DNA of 41,552 bases from Eubacteriales bacterium. GTDB lineage: Bacteria > Bacillota > Clostridia > Oscillospirales > CAG-272. Below the pieces are notes generated by a model. It was not told the origin of the DNA. It worked only from the letters and a program-made list of their open reading frames with translations, and made no database searches. The translations under genes were made by a program, and so were the position numbers. The stretch covers positions 1-41,552 of the forward strand of contig JAZODV010000190.1 of assembly GCA_045597185.1 (NCBI GenBank). The letters are read 5' to 3'. Shown here one piece after another: positions 1-9,821 of the stretch. The number at the start of each line of letters is the position of its first letter. Positions within the stretch are counted from its first letter, which is position 1.

Positions 1-118
1 TCGGGTCGTCGAGGACGTCGACCCCTACAATTTTTAAGGTTTATTCGGTTTATAGAAATATTATTTGCGGTAGATTTTTGTTGAGGTTTCGTCTCACCGT
101 TAAATCCCCTAAAGCTTA
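1..118. repeat. Window-edge partial copy of a hairpin-bearing intergenic repeat
   Basis: nt 1-99 align in direct orientation with 41432-41530 with 3 mismatches (hand alignment). nt 2-29 (cgggtcgtcgaggacgtcgacccctaca) is the exact reverse complement of 41318-41345. The core gggtcgtcgaggacgtcgaccc can fold as a 9-bp GC-rich stem-loop. The motif caccgttaaatcc (95-107) recurs at the outer ends of the repeats at 15399 and 29982. Confidence 0.8.
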
Positions 119-155
119 TAAAAAGGACAGAGAACATAAAACGTTCTCTGTCCTT
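116..155 (-). terminator. Intrinsic terminator ending the fhs...cysS-gtrA transcription unit
   Basis: 11-bp perfect stem ggacagagaac (125-135) / gttctctgtcc (143-153) with a 7-nt loop. On the minus strand it is followed by a U-run (plus-strand ataaaaa, 118-124). It lies 22 nt after the gtrA-like stop codon. Confidence 0.7.
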
Positions 156-176
156 AAAAGCGTATCAGTTTATTTT

Positions 177-680
177 TTATTTGTCGTTTTTCTTTTTTCC
201 GAAAACGAGCAATTTACTGATGATATAATTCAAAACGGTTATAACGACTATACATATAGGCGTTGACATAAGGTCGGCGTCGATGTCGATTATGAAATGA
301 AATGTCCTGTATCCGCATGCGATAAGAAGCATCGGAAGCAGTATATTTATCGCAAGCTCGACAAAATAGGTACTCACTCGTGACGCTACGAATTTTATAA
401 ACTGCGCGAAAACCTTCTTCTTGCCGTTTTCCTCATTTCTGAACACCCATTTTTTGTTCGGAAAGAACGCAAACACTACCGCTGCCGCCCAACCGACCGA
501 TTGCGCGACACCACGAAGCAATGATACTCTCGGGTCTGTTGACGCTGACAGGTCTATCGACATTGCGTATGAAACGGGATAGAGTATTGCGAATTTTACA
601 CCGTATGAAACTACCGTGGTGAGAAGTCCGACAAAGATATAAACTATTATCTCACGGTGCTTTTCAAAAAATTTTTTCAT
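177..680 (-). CDS. GtrA-family small integral membrane protein (polyisoprenol-linked glycan translocation family)
   Basis: 167 aa with about 4 predicted hydrophobic helices and the size and layout typical of the GtrA family. ATG at 680 lies 6 nt after the cysS TAA. The family call is from memory of the family pattern, not a search. Confidence 0.6.
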   Translation of the reverse strand: MKKFFEKHREIIVYIFVGLLTTVVSYGVKFAILYPVSYAMSIDLSASTDPRVSLLRGVAQSVGWAAAVVFAFFPNKKWVFRNEENGKKKVFAQFIKFVASRVSTYFVELAINILLPMLLIACGYRTFHFIIDIDADLMSTPICIVVITVLNYIISKLLVFGKKKNDK

Positions 681-686
681 AAGGAC

Positions 687-2099
687 TTATGCCTTTTTAT
701 AGGTAGTCCCCGTGGGAGAGTCGATAAGTGTTATGCCTTTTTCGAGAAGCTCAGCGCGTATTGCGTCGGCAAGGGCGTAATTTTTTGCCTTCTTTGCGTC
801 GGCGCGCTCTGCGATCTTTTCGACTATCCATGCGTCAGCTTCATCGGGTGCTTCGTTTTCTTTTTCGCGGAGCTTTTCTGCGGCTTCAATAAGACCGAAC
901 GCCAACACCTGCTCAAAATCCTTGATAGCTGCGAGCTTTGTTGCATCATTTGTGTTATATTTGAGTACGTCGTAAAGGGCGGTTACCGCAAGTGAAGTGT
1001 TTAGATCGTTGTCAAGAGCAGAACGGAACTTTGCGCGAAGCTCCTCGAGCGCCGTCTCGTCAATAGCGTCGCCGTCCTTGAGCGCGGCAATTCTCGCGAC
1101 AAGCTTTTCGTATGCGTTCTTTGCGTTATCAAGTCCCTCATAGGAGAAAACGAGCGATTTACGGTAATGCGACTGCGCGCAGAAGAAACGGTAGATAAGC
1201 GGGTCGTAGCCCTTGCTTTCAAGCAGAGAAACAGTCAGAAATTCGCCGCTTGACTTACTCATCTTACCCGAATCTGTGTTAAGATGATGCACGTGGAACC
1301 AATAAGGACACCATGCGTGACCGACATAGGCTTCGCTCTGCGCGATCTCGTTCGTGTGATGTGGGAATGCGTTGTCGATACCGCCGCAATGGATATCGAG
1401 GTATTCACCGAGATATTTCATACTGATGCAGGAGCATTCGATATGCCAGCCCGGATAACCGATACCCCAAGGGCTGTCCCATTTAAGCTCCTGAGAGTCG
1501 AATTTCGATTTTGTGAACCACAGCACAAAGTCTGCCTTGTTTTTCTTGTTTGCGTCGCCCTCAACTCCTTCGCGCACACCGACCTCAAGATCGTCCTCGG
1601 TGAAGTCGTTGAAAACGTAGTATTTTTCGAGCTTTGAGGTGTCAAAATAGACGTTACCGCCCGCCACGTAGGCGTAGCCCTTTTCAAGAAGTGTCTCTAT
1701 GACCTTAATAAAATCGTCGATGCAACCTGTTGCAGGCTGTACGATGTCGGGCGTTTTTATATTGAGCTTACGGCAGTCCTCAAAAAACGCGTCGGTATAG
1801 AACTTGGCTATTTCAAGCACTGTCTTTTTTTCACGCTTAGCGCCCTTGAGCATTTTATCCTCACCCTCGTCTGCGTCACTTGTGAGGTGCCCGACGTCGG
1901 TTATATTCATAACGCGCGTTACATCGTAGCCGATATAGCGAAGGTAGCGTTCAAGCATATCCTCCATAAGATATGAACGAAGATTGCCTATATGCGCGAA
2001 ATGATAAACCGTAGGACCGCAGGTATACATTTTTACTTTGCCTTCATCGTGGGGCTTAAATTCTTCCTTTGTTCTTGTGAGAGAGTTATATATGTTCAT
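687..2099 (-). CDS. cysS: Cysteine--tRNA ligase
   Basis: 470 aa with class I aaRS signatures HIGN (FAHIGNLRSY) and KMSKS (GKMSKSSG). The N-terminus MNIYNSLTRTKEEF is typical of CysS. The ATG overlaps the cysE stop as ATGA (2096-2099). Confidence 0.95.
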   Translation of the reverse strand: MNIYNSLTRTKEEFKPHDEGKVKMYTCGPTVYHFAHIGNLRSYLMEDMLERYLRYIGYDVTRVMNITDVGHLTSDADEGEDKMLKGAKREKKTVLEIAKFYTDAFFEDCRKLNIKTPDIVQPATGCIDDFIKVIETLLEKGYAYVAGGNVYFDTSKLEKYYVFNDFTEDDLEVGVREGVEGDANKKNKADFVLWFTKSKFDSQELKWDSPWGIGYPGWHIECSCISMKYLGEYLDIHCGGIDNAFPHHTNEIAQSEAYVGHAWCPYWFHVHHLNTDSGKMSKSSGEFLTVSLLESKGYDPLIYRFFCAQSHYRKSLVFSYEGLDNAKNAYEKLVARIAALKDGDAIDETALEELRAKFRSALDNDLNTSLAVTALYDVLKYNTNDATKLAAIKDFEQVLAFGLIEAAEKLREKENEAPDEADAWIVEKIAERADAKKAKNYALADAIRAELLEKGITLIDSPTGTTYKKA

Positions 2100-2839
2100 T
2101 TTTCTTCCTCGGTTTTTTCTAATTCTTTTATCTTTTTCTCAACTGCCGAAAGCTTACGCGACAGCGAATCAAGCTCCTTTGATACAGGGTCCGGAATGTG
2201 TATCTGGTCAAGGTCGTCAGATACCTTTCTTCCTCCGGAACGTACTACCTTTGCGGGAATGCCCACCGCGGTGCTGTTTGACGGTATATCTCGAAGCACG
2301 ACGGCGCCTGCGGCTATTTTTGAATTATCTCCAAGCTCAACGGGACCCAGAACCTTCGCTCCCGCTCCGACCATTACGTTATTGCCGAGCGTGGGGTGGC
2401 GTTTTCCGCTGTCCTTACCCGTACCGCCAAGTGTGACCCCCTGGTATATAGTACAGTTGTCTCCGATCTCAGTGGTCTCACCGATAACGACACCTGTACC
2501 GTGGTCGATAAACAGTCCCTTGCCGATAGTCGCACCGGGGTGTATCTCGATACCTGTCATATTTCTTGCCATTTGGCTTACAAGTCTTGCTGAGAAGTAA
2601 TGCTTTGAAAGATAAAGCTTGTGAGATACACGATACGCAAGGAGTGCGTGAACTCCGGAATAAAGACACAGTACCTCAATACCGCTTTTTGCGGCAGGGT
2701 CACGCGCCAGCACAGATTCGACGTCGCTTTTTATCTCGGTTATTATTTTTTCCTTGACTTGCGGAAGCCTTGACAGAGCCTTAAGGAGCTTGCCAACGGC
2801 GCATTTTTTCTTGCATTTAAGACAGGTTTTGAGGTTCAT
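2096..2839 (-). CDS. cysE: Serine O-acetyltransferase
   Basis: Contains the ARDPAA motif and left-handed beta-helix hexapeptide repeats (GATIGKGLFIDHGTGVVIGETTEIGDNCTIYQGVTLGG). Start placed at ATG 2839 because the RBS gaaaggtgg lies 6 nt upstream. The ORF-track extension to 2890 overlaps the previous gene and has no RBS. Confidence 0.9.
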   Translation of the reverse strand: MNLKTCLKCKKKCAVGKLLKALSRLPQVKEKIITEIKSDVESVLARDPAAKSGIEVLCLYSGVHALLAYRVSHKLYLSKHYFSARLVSQMARNMTGIEIHPGATIGKGLFIDHGTGVVIGETTEIGDNCTIYQGVTLGGTGKDSGKRHPTLGNNVMVGAGAKVLGPVELGDNSKIAAGAVVLRDIPSNSTAVGIPAKVVRSGGRKVSDDLDQIHIPDPVSKELDSLSRKLSAVEKKIKELEKTEEEK

Positions 2840-2858
2840 TATGAGCCACCTTTCTATA

Positions 2859-3620
2859 TTAGCTTTCGCTCTTTTTGATATAGCTCTCAAGCGCTTCTAT
2901 ATCTCTTGATGAAAGCTTTACTGTTCTGTTTTTTGATTTGTAATCGTAGATGCAGAGTGCACCTTCCGGTTTTTTCGCGTAACTTGGGGTTACTTTGTCT
3001 CCATCTGCGTTCTGTCCCTTATAGTATATGTCGACGTAGACCGCGAGAGTCAGTTCATCGACCGAAACGTCCTCGAAAACGTATCGTCTGTAGTTGTATA
3101 CGTTTTTTGTATCACTTTCGGTATACTTGGAGGTCGGAAAATATCTTTTTTCGCTTACCGATTCGGGATGCTCTGCGGCACTGTAGGCATTGTCGTCGGT
3201 GCGATCGGGCGTTTTGTCCGAGCTTACGGCAAGTGTTATGTCAAACAGGTCGTCTTCACGGAGCAGCGTACCCTTTTCAAGGCCGAGATCCTTTTCTATA
3301 CTTCGCAGAGTACTGTTATTGTACCTGAAAACTATTTGTATTTCATCGGCTTCAGGAATTATTGAGACCTGAGTGACCGCAAAATAACCGAGATTGTTTT
3401 CTGCTCTCGTTATGTTGTTTTGATTTTGCTTGTATATTTCAAGACTTCCGGTTTCTTTGTATGCGTCGTAGACGGAGTCTGTGACAGTGAGGACTTTCAT
3501 TGATTTTGGATCTCCGGACGAGCAAAGCCGCCAGATAACAAGAGCGCATATTGAGAATACGAAAATATATACTGTGTATTTTAATACTTTACCGATGACT
3601 CTCCATGTATTGTTTGACAC
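2859..3620 (-). CDS. Hypothetical protein with an N-terminal membrane anchor and an extracytoplasmic domain
   Basis: 253 aa with a GTG start (3620) 2 nt after the araB TGA and an aaagga RBS upstream. One hydrophobic helix (YTVYIFVFSICALVIW) is followed by a soluble domain with protein-like, mixed amino-acid composition. I recognise no family. Confidence 0.6.
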   Translation of the reverse strand: MSNNTWRVIGKVLKYTVYIFVFSICALVIWRLCSSGDPKSMKVLTVTDSVYDAYKETGSLEIYKQNQNNITRAENNLGYFAVTQVSIIPEADEIQIVFRYNNSTLRSIEKDLGLEKGTLLREDDLFDITLAVSSDKTPDRTDDNAYSAAEHPESVSEKRYFPTSKYTESDTKNVYNYRRYVFEDVSVDELTLAVYVDIYYKGQNADGDKVTPSYAKKPEGALCIYDYKSKNRTVKLSSRDIEALESYIKKSES

Positions 3621-3622
3621 TT

Positions 3623-5278
3623 TCAGCTGTCCTTTCTGCTTTTTATTTCAAGCAGACGTTTCATAACGCTGTTTTCGTCGCGTCCGAAGAGGTCGTGGAG
3701 CTTAACGTATTCGTTGTAAAGCTCGTCGTAGATCTGTTTGTTTTCGGGATTGGGCAGATAAACTTTTTCCATAGAAGTCTGCATGTTTTTTATTGATGTG
3801 TCAAAATCATAGCCTGCCGCTGCTGCTGCGTATATCGCGCCCGAGAGAGACGAGCTGAGCTTTGATTTCGGTACTTCAAGCTTTACTCCAAGAACGTCGG
3901 CAAAAAGCTGCATTGTGAAGGGATCCTTCTTTGCGATACCGCCCGTTGCGATAACTCTCTTTATCGGAACCCCTTCTTTTGCATGAGCATCGAATATTAC
4001 GCGCGTTGCAAACGCCGTAGCTTCGATAAGCGCCCTCATAATGTCTTCCGGCTTTGTCGCAAGGGTCATACCGACTATCATTCCCGACAGTGCCGAGTCG
4101 CTCAGTATAGATCTGTTTCCGTTCCACCAATCAAGTGTGACGAGTCCTGTTTCTCCCGGTTTCTTTTTGGAAGCGAGAGATATAAGGTATTTTATCAAAG
4201 GCATGTCACGTTTTTGCGCTTCTTTGAGATAAGATTCGGGGGCGATGTTTTCAGCTGCCCATGAGAAGAGGTCTCCGAAGCAACAAAGTCCGGACTCATA
4301 TCCCCAAAGTCCGGGGATGACCGTGTCTTTAAGACTTCCGCAGGTTCCGGGAACACAAGCAAATTTATCCTGAACCAGTATAAACGGTGCAGACGTTCCC
4401 AAAATAGCGACGAGGTCTCCCGGATTTGTAGCCCCGAGGGAGACCGCCGCAATGTGTGCGTCCGGCTGCGGAACGCCTATTGCGGTGTTTTCGGTGAGCC
4501 CGAGTTCTTTTGCCATTTCAGGGCAGAGTTTACCACAGCACTCTCCTGAGCGGAATAACGGAGCTTCGAGCTTATCCTCAACGGCGGAGCTGAGCCGTTC
4601 GTCAAGGGCGGCAAGGAAATCAGACGAGGGATATCCGACACCGTCTATGTACATTGCCTTTGCAGCGGCGAAGGTGTAGCTTTTTACAAGCTTTCCAACG
4701 AGAAGCGACGTTACCCAGTCACCGGCTTCCAGAAAATGATCTGCGGCGTTATATACATCGGGGGCTTTATCAAGCGTTTCCCAGAGTTTTGGAAACATCC
4801 ATTCTGACGAAATACATCCTCCATAATGAGGAAGCCAGCTTTCGTTTCTCTCTTTTGCTATAGCGTTGAGCTTATCAGCGTAGGGCTGTGCTGCGTGATG
4901 CTTCCAGAGCTTGACGTAGGCGTGAGGCTCCTCTGCGAAGCGCGGATCTGCCGAAAGCGGCTTCAGATCCGAATAGATAGGAAGCATAGTACAGCAGGTA
5001 AAGTCGACAGATATTCCTATTATATCCTCAGGCGCAACACCCGAATCCTTTATGACGCGCTTTACCGAATCTGTCATAGCATAAACGTAATCCTCGGGAT
5101 CCTGAAGCGCAAAGCTATGCGGTAGTGCTTTTCCGCTTGAGGAAAGGCATTCACTCATAACCGCGTGAGGATATTCAGTGATCGCGTCGGTTATTTCCGC
5201 TCCGTCACTGACTCTTGCAAGAAGCGACCTAGCGGAAAGGCTGCCAAAGTCAATTCCTATTGTGTATTTTTCAGACAT
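3623..5278 (-). CDS. araB: L-ribulokinase (FGGY carbohydrate kinase family)
   Basis: 551 aa with RBS ggaggt upstream of the ATG. Motifs IGIDFGS, HAYVKLWKHHAAQ, LDWWNGNRS and GMTLATKPE closely follow my recollection of Bacillus AraB. Confidence 0.85.
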   Translation of the reverse strand: MSEKYTIGIDFGSLSARSLLARVSDGAEITDAITEYPHAVMSECLSSSGKALPHSFALQDPEDYVYAMTDSVKRVIKDSGVAPEDIIGISVDFTCCTMLPIYSDLKPLSADPRFAEEPHAYVKLWKHHAAQPYADKLNAIAKERNESWLPHYGGCISSEWMFPKLWETLDKAPDVYNAADHFLEAGDWVTSLLVGKLVKSYTFAAAKAMYIDGVGYPSSDFLAALDERLSSAVEDKLEAPLFRSGECCGKLCPEMAKELGLTENTAIGVPQPDAHIAAVSLGATNPGDLVAILGTSAPFILVQDKFACVPGTCGSLKDTVIPGLWGYESGLCCFGDLFSWAAENIAPESYLKEAQKRDMPLIKYLISLASKKKPGETGLVTLDWWNGNRSILSDSALSGMIVGMTLATKPEDIMRALIEATAFATRVIFDAHAKEGVPIKRVIATGGIAKKDPFTMQLFADVLGVKLEVPKSKLSSSLSGAIYAAAAAGYDFDTSIKNMQTSMEKVYLPNPENKQIYDELYNEYVKLHDLFGRDENSVMKRLLEIKSRKDS

Positions 5279-5346
5279 GTTGATACCTCCATAAGAATGT
5301 TTTTGCTTTTTTATTTTTTAACCAAGGAGTTGCGTATGTTGACTTA

Positions 5347-5838
5347 TCAATATTTCTGGAGCTTTTGGTTTATTAAGCTTGACAAAATATTCATTATATT
5401 ACTGTCGGGAGAGAATTTTATCACAGCTTCTTCGTCTCCCGAAAGCCGCATAAAATAACGGTTTTTACTTATCAGATCCGGGCAATAATTGTGATATTTA
5501 AGACCTTTCACATGATTATGTTTACTTGTCAACATAATCTCCGAGATCTGATAAACGGATACACGGCAGACAGTTTTATTCTTCCTGAATCTCACCGACG
5601 TGACCGTGAAGTCGATGCCCGAATCGGTGCGTTCTATACTGTAGATATAGTCGGTAAGAACGAAACGTTCAATGATCTGACAGGACGCCATAAGGAAAAG
5701 TATTCCTATACCGAGAAGGAGTGACGCGAGCAGTCGGTCGGACTGAAAGGGAAGTATCAACACGACGGAGGATATGAAGAAAATAAGACCAAGCGTAAGC
5801 CCGGGGATCCTATTCGGCTTCGGAGAGTACTCGTACAT
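5347..5838 (-). CDS. Hypothetical small membrane protein (two N-terminal TM helices plus a soluble C-terminal domain)
   Basis: About 163 aa. The ATG at 5838 overlaps the fhs TGA by 1 nt (TGATG), and the ORF-track TTG at 5841 is the alternative start. Two hydrophobic segments (LTLGLIFFISSVVLILPF, LLASLLLGIGILFLMA) are followed by a region I read by eye as possibly beta-rich. Confidence 0.55.
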   Translation of the reverse strand: MYEYSPKPNRIPGLTLGLIFFISSVVLILPFQSDRLLASLLLGIGILFLMASCQIIERFVLTDYIYSIERTDSGIDFTVTSVRFRKNKTVCRVSVYQISEIMLTSKHNHVKGLKYHNYCPDLISKNRYFMRLSGDEEAVIKFSPDSNIMNILSSLINQKLQKY

Positions 5839-7505
5839 CAAAACAGACCGCTTATCTTTCCGTTCTCGTCAACATCGATTCGTTCCGCTGCGGGGGACTT
5901 GGGAAGTCCAGGCATAGTCATGATATCGCCCGTCAGAACGACCACAAAACCCGCGCCGGCACTCATCTTTACATTCTTTACCGTAACGGTAAAGCCGCTT
6001 GGCGCGCCGAGCTTTGTCGGATCGTCCGAGAGTGAATACTGCGTTTTTGCGATACATATGGGGGCGCTTCCGAATCCGAGAGATTCAAGCTTTGCTATCT
6101 GCTTTTTAGCAGCGGGCAGAATGTTTATGCCGTCGCCGCCGTATACTCGTTTTACAACTGTTTCTATTTTTTCTTCTATGGAAAGCTCGCTTTCATAACT
6201 AAAAGAGAAGTCGTTGGGCTCTTCACAGAGACGGATGACCTCTTTTGCCATTTCTATGCCGCCGTTTCCACCGTCTGCCCAAACTGTGGAGAGTGCCACA
6301 TTTACTCCGAGTTTGCGGCATTCCTCTATAACGAGTGAGATCTCCGCATCGGTATCAGTAGGGAAACGATTAACGGCGACCATTGCAGGAAGCTTATATA
6401 CGTCGGTAATGTTGGAAAGATGCTTAAGAAGATTGGGCAGTCCCTTTCTGAGCGCGTCAAGATCCTCGGTTCCAAGCTCGGTTTTAAGCTTTCCACCGTG
6501 CATTTTGAGGGCGCGAACGGTAGCCACGACGACGACAGCAGACGGACGAAGCCCTGCCATACGGCACTTGATATCAAGGAATTTTTCAGCACCGAGGTCG
6601 GCTCCGAATCCTGCCTCTGTAACGGCGTAATCTCCCAGCTTTAATGCCATGCGCGTAGCTGTGACAGAGTTACAGCCATGGGCTATATTGGCAAACGGAC
6701 CGCCGTGAACGAGTGCGGGAGTTCCTTCGAGCGTCTGTACGAGATTTGGCTTTAATGCGTCCTTTAAAAGAGCACACATAGCGCCTTCTGCTTTAAGGTC
6801 GCCTGCAGTTATTGGACGTTCGTCGTAGGTATAGCCTACAATTATACGAGCAAGACGCGCCTTGAGGTCGCTTATCGAATCGGCAAGACACAGTACAGCC
6901 ATTATTTCGGATGCGACTGTTATATCGTAGCTGTCCTCGCGCGGCACGCCGTTGACACGTCCCCCAAGACCGTCCGCGACGAAACGAAGCTGACGGTCGT
7001 TCATATCAACGCAACGGTGCCACGTGATACGTCCGGGGTCGATACCGAGCGCGTTGCCCTGGTAGATATGGTTGTCGAGCATGGCGGCAAGCAGATTGTT
7101 CGCCGCGCCTATAGCGTGAAAATCTCCCGTAAAATGAAGGTTTATATCCTCCATAGGAATGACCTGAGCGTATCCGCCGCCTGCGGCACCGCCCTTAATA
7201 CCGAAAACAGGACCGAGCGATGGCTCACGAAGCGCGACCACAACGTTTTTACCGAGCTTTTTTAGACCGTCGGCAAGACCTATGGTAGTGGTGGTTTTGC
7301 CTTCTCCTGCGGGAGTCGGCGTTATAGCGGTTACAAGAATGAGCTTTCCGTCCTTGCGCTCGCTGTCACGGAGCAGGGAAAGGTCAACCTTTGCCTTTAC
7401 ATTTCCGTAAAATTCAAGACAATTTTCGGGAATATTTGCGGTTTTCGCAATCTCTGAAATGTGCTTTGGGGTCACAGACTGGGCTATTTCAATATCACTT
7501 CTCAT
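5838..7505 (-). CDS. fhs: Formate--tetrahydrofolate ligase
   Basis: 555 aa with the diagnostic P-loop region [15 protein letters not shown] and N-terminus SDIEIAQ. Full-length conservation matches my recollection of the family. Confidence 0.95.
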   Translation of the reverse strand: MRSDIEIAQSVTPKHISEIAKTANIPENCLEFYGNVKAKVDLSLLRDSERKDGKLILVTAITPTPAGEGKTTTTIGLADGLKKLGKNVVVALREPSLGPVFGIKGGAAGGGYAQVIPMEDINLHFTGDFHAIGAANNLLAAMLDNHIYQGNALGIDPGRITWHRCVDMNDRQLRFVADGLGGRVNGVPREDSYDITVASEIMAVLCLADSISDLKARLARIIVGYTYDERPITAGDLKAEGAMCALLKDALKPNLVQTLEGTPALVHGGPFANIAHGCNSVTATRMALKLGDYAVTEAGFGADLGAEKFLDIKCRMAGLRPSAVVVVATVRALKMHGGKLKTELGTEDLDALRKGLPNLLKHLSNITDVYKLPAMVAVNRFPTDTDAEISLVIEECRKLGVNVALSTVWADGGNGGIEMAKEVIRLCEEPNDFSFSYESELSIEEKIETVVKRVYGGDGINILPAAKKQIAKLESLGFGSAPICIAKTQYSLSDDPTKLGAPSGFTVTVKNVKMSAGAGFVVVLTGDIMTMPGLPKSPAAERIDVDENGKISGLF

Positions 7506-7546
7506 AAATCTTCCGCCTTTTTGTGAATTTCTGTTGTTGATTTATT

Positions 7547-7575
7547 ATTATAGCACAAAACTCAAATTATTTCAA
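7547..7575 (-). promoter_or_regulatory. SigA-type promoter for fhs
   Basis: On the minus strand: TTGAAA (7575-7570), 17 nt spacer, TGcTATAAT extended -10 (7555-7547). It lies about 40 nt upstream of the fhs ATG. Confidence 0.6.
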
Positions 7576-7676
7576 CATCAAAACGCAAAAAAGCAAAATG
7601 CACTATAAAGGTTTTTTTATATTGTGCAAAACACACAATAAATTGTAACAATAAAATGAACTTTGCGAGCAAGCTA

Positions 7677-7705
7677 TTGAAAAATATGATGCCAAGAGGT
7701 ATAAT
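7677..7705 (+). promoter_or_regulatory. SigA-type promoter for the MBL-lipoprotein cluster
   Basis: TTGAAA (7677-7682), 17 nt spacer, TATAAT (7700-7705). It lies about 75 nt upstream of ATG 7783 and diverges from the fhs promoter. Confidence 0.6.
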
Positions 7706-7782
7706 ATACTAATAAAAACGACGGACGGCGAAATGCCACAAAGGCTGTTATCATGATTAAATTCAAAGGAAGGAGAAATATT

Positions 7783-9708
7783 ATGAAAATTCAGGTAAGA
7801 GTCTTTAATTTGACGCTTGCACTCTTGATGTGCGTTGGTATATTCGCATCATGCGCAGAGTATCCGACTGACACAACTGCACCCGTCGACAGTACTTCGA
7901 CCCCATTTGAGTCGGAACCGACAACCGAGACCTCTGGTGTGGCTGACAGCACAGAAGAGCCTATAAAGCCTCCGGCCAACGACAGCTATGTTATAAAGGC
8001 GGAGAACGGTGTGCTTAACGTTACTATAACAAGGTCAGAAGGACTCAAATCGTCGTCTCCGATAATAAAAAAACAGCAGTATGTCGCAAGCCTTCTTCAA
8101 GATTTTCTTGGCGCATCGGCAACACTCGATACCGACTGGAAGCGTAAGGAGGACAGTGAAAGCTTTGAGATAATAGTAGGTCCGACCGATCACGAGGAGG
8201 TAGCCGCCGTTTACGGTACACTGTCGTACGGAGATTGGCTCGTTCAGGCGGTTGGAAATAAGATATTGGTCCTCGGACATACCGAAGAGACTCTTGAACT
8301 TGCTTCGAAACATCTTTATAACGTCTTGAAAAAGGGGCGAAACAACGCGGATAAAACGATAACCTTCACTCCCGACGATGTCTATGCCAGAGGAAGCGCA
8401 AACGCTCAGCTGTCAAACCTTCCGTCATATATTGGAGGAGCTTTTCTTACATATTGCGACGCGGGATTTGCCGATTCTGTCAGAGAATGTGACGAGATAA
8501 TCGTTAAGCAGACCAAGCGTACCGAGTTTGACGCGTACATAAAGAGGCTTGAGGCAAACGGATACGCAGTGTATAATGATAATGAAGTGAACAGAAGCAA
8601 ATTCGTGACACTCAACAGCGACGGGTATACCGTCAACGCAGGCTACTACAATAACGAGGGTGCTGCCAGAATTATGATAGAGCCTCTTGCTCCCGCATAT
8701 TCTCTCGGAGGAGAGTACAAAAAGGTCACGACGTCCAATATTATCCTACTCGGCACAGAACCGAAAAGAGGGGACGCGGGACGTAATAATCAGCTTTCGA
8801 TGGTCATAAGACTTGAGGACGGCAGATTTATCGTCGTTGACGGAGGAGAGGACTCGACGTCTCTCGGAGGAACGAAGGATTCGGACACCAATCCAAAGTG
8901 TTACGATAACGTTGATTCATTCATAAATCTCCTCAAGGAGCAGTCGAAAGGATACACCGATACTCCCACGGTAGCCGCGTGGTTCTTAACACACGACCAC
9001 GGAGACCATGCGCACCTGCTTACGTTTGATTACGACCGTATGAAGGCTGCGGGTATCAAGGTGGAAAATATCTACGCGTCGGCAAATTCGAAGGCGTTGC
9101 TTGATCAATCAGGCGTTTCGGGTGGAATATATAACAGCCTTTTTAGTAAGGTTCCGGCGGCTTTCGGAGCAAATATGCACAGAGTTCATCCCGGTCAGGT
9201 CATAACCTACGCAAACTGCGAAATCGATATACTCTATACTCTTGAAGCGTGGGTGGACGGAGATCCCGCTATCACTCCGCAGGCGGGCGGATATAACCAC
9301 TCGTCAGTGATCTTCAAAACCACTGTGACCGACAGCGCAAGCAAAAAGACAATGTCGGTGTTCAACACGGGAGACGGCTCAGGTCAGGCAATGCAGCTGG
9401 CGATGCAGATATTCGGAGAGGAAGAGATAAAATCCGATATCGCGGTCGCAACTCACCACGGCAGCGGATCGGGAGACGATTCGATGATAGTAAAAACAGT
9501 AAAGGCTATGGCTCCGCAAATAGTGCTCTTCCCAAGAGGAGCTACGGGCTTAGACGCGAGCAGATTCACGGATAGAAAATCAAACAGTGAGCTTATAGCG
9601 ACCTCAAAGGAAGCCTTCTATGCGGGCTTATGCGAATCTTATACGATAATTCCCGTTCCGTATGAATACGGAAAAACGCAGATAAGCAGTTCGACAAGGC
9701 TCAAATAA
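7783..9708 (+). CDS. Lipoprotein, paralog 1: N-terminal unknown domains plus a C-terminal MBL-fold hydrolase domain
   Basis: Start at ATG 7783 with RBS aaggaaggag at 7766-7775. Signal peptide with lipobox GIFAS-C. HxHxDH motif HDHGDH at 8992-9009, with downstream GDG and HHG metal-ligand-like motifs. Collinear similarity to the next two genes. Confidence 0.8.
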   Translation: MKIQVRVFNLTLALLMCVGIFASCAEYPTDTTAPVDSTSTPFESEPTTETSGVADSTEEPIKPPANDSYVIKAENGVLNVTITRSEGLKSSSPIIKKQQYVASLLQDFLGASATLDTDWKRKEDSESFEIIVGPTDHEEVAAVYGTLSYGDWLVQAVGNKILVLGHTEETLELASKHLYNVLKKGRNNADKTITFTPDDVYARGSANAQLSNLPSYIGGAFLTYCDAGFADSVRECDEIIVKQTKRTEFDAYIKRLEANGYAVYNDNEVNRSKFVTLNSDGYTVNAGYYNNEGAARIMIEPLAPAYSLGGEYKKVTTSNIILLGTEPKRGDAGRNNQLSMVIRLEDGRFIVVDGGEDSTSLGGTKDSDTNPKCYDNVDSFINLLKEQSKGYTDTPTVAAWFLTHDHGDHAHLLTFDYDRMKAAGIKVENIYASANSKALLDQSGVSGGIYNSLFSKVPAAFGANMHRVHPGQVITYANCEIDILYTLEAWVDGDPAITPQAGGYNHSSVIFKTTVTDSASKKTMSVFNTGDGSGQAMQLAMQIFGEEEIKSDIAVATHHGSGSGDDSMIVKTVKAMAPQIVLFPRGATGLDASRFTDRKSNSELIATSKEAFYAGLCESYTIIPVPYEYGKTQISSSTRLK

Positions 9709-9821
9709 ATCGACACCTCGTTTAAGGCTTTCGAAGCTAAGAAAGTGATTTAAGAAACGCAGGGACATTTTGCATCAGCATGAAATGTTGATTCGGAAAA
9801 TGGAGAGGTGCTTAGAAATCA

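Noticed and set aside
2840-2858. T-box riboswitch upstream of cysE-cysS
   Set aside because: Only 19 nt separate cysE from the preceding CDS, which leaves no room for a leader of about 200 nt. None is visible upstream of fhs either.
2840-2890. Longer N-terminal extensions offered by the ORF track (cysE to 2890, MBL paralog 1 from 7753, paralog 3 from 11671, rsgA from 38905, thiN from 39807)
   Set aside because: In each case a downstream ATG has a proper RBS at 6-10 nt and yields the expected N-terminus, such as a signal peptide or a conserved motif. The extension overlaps the upstream gene.
9709-9821. Terminators between the three MBL lipoprotein genes and before guaB
   Set aside because: No stable GC-rich stem followed by a T-run could be drawn. 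Weak promoter-like hexamers exist (for example TTGGAA-16-AATAAT at 11745-11772 and TTGACC at 13778) but are too degenerate to annotate with confidence.
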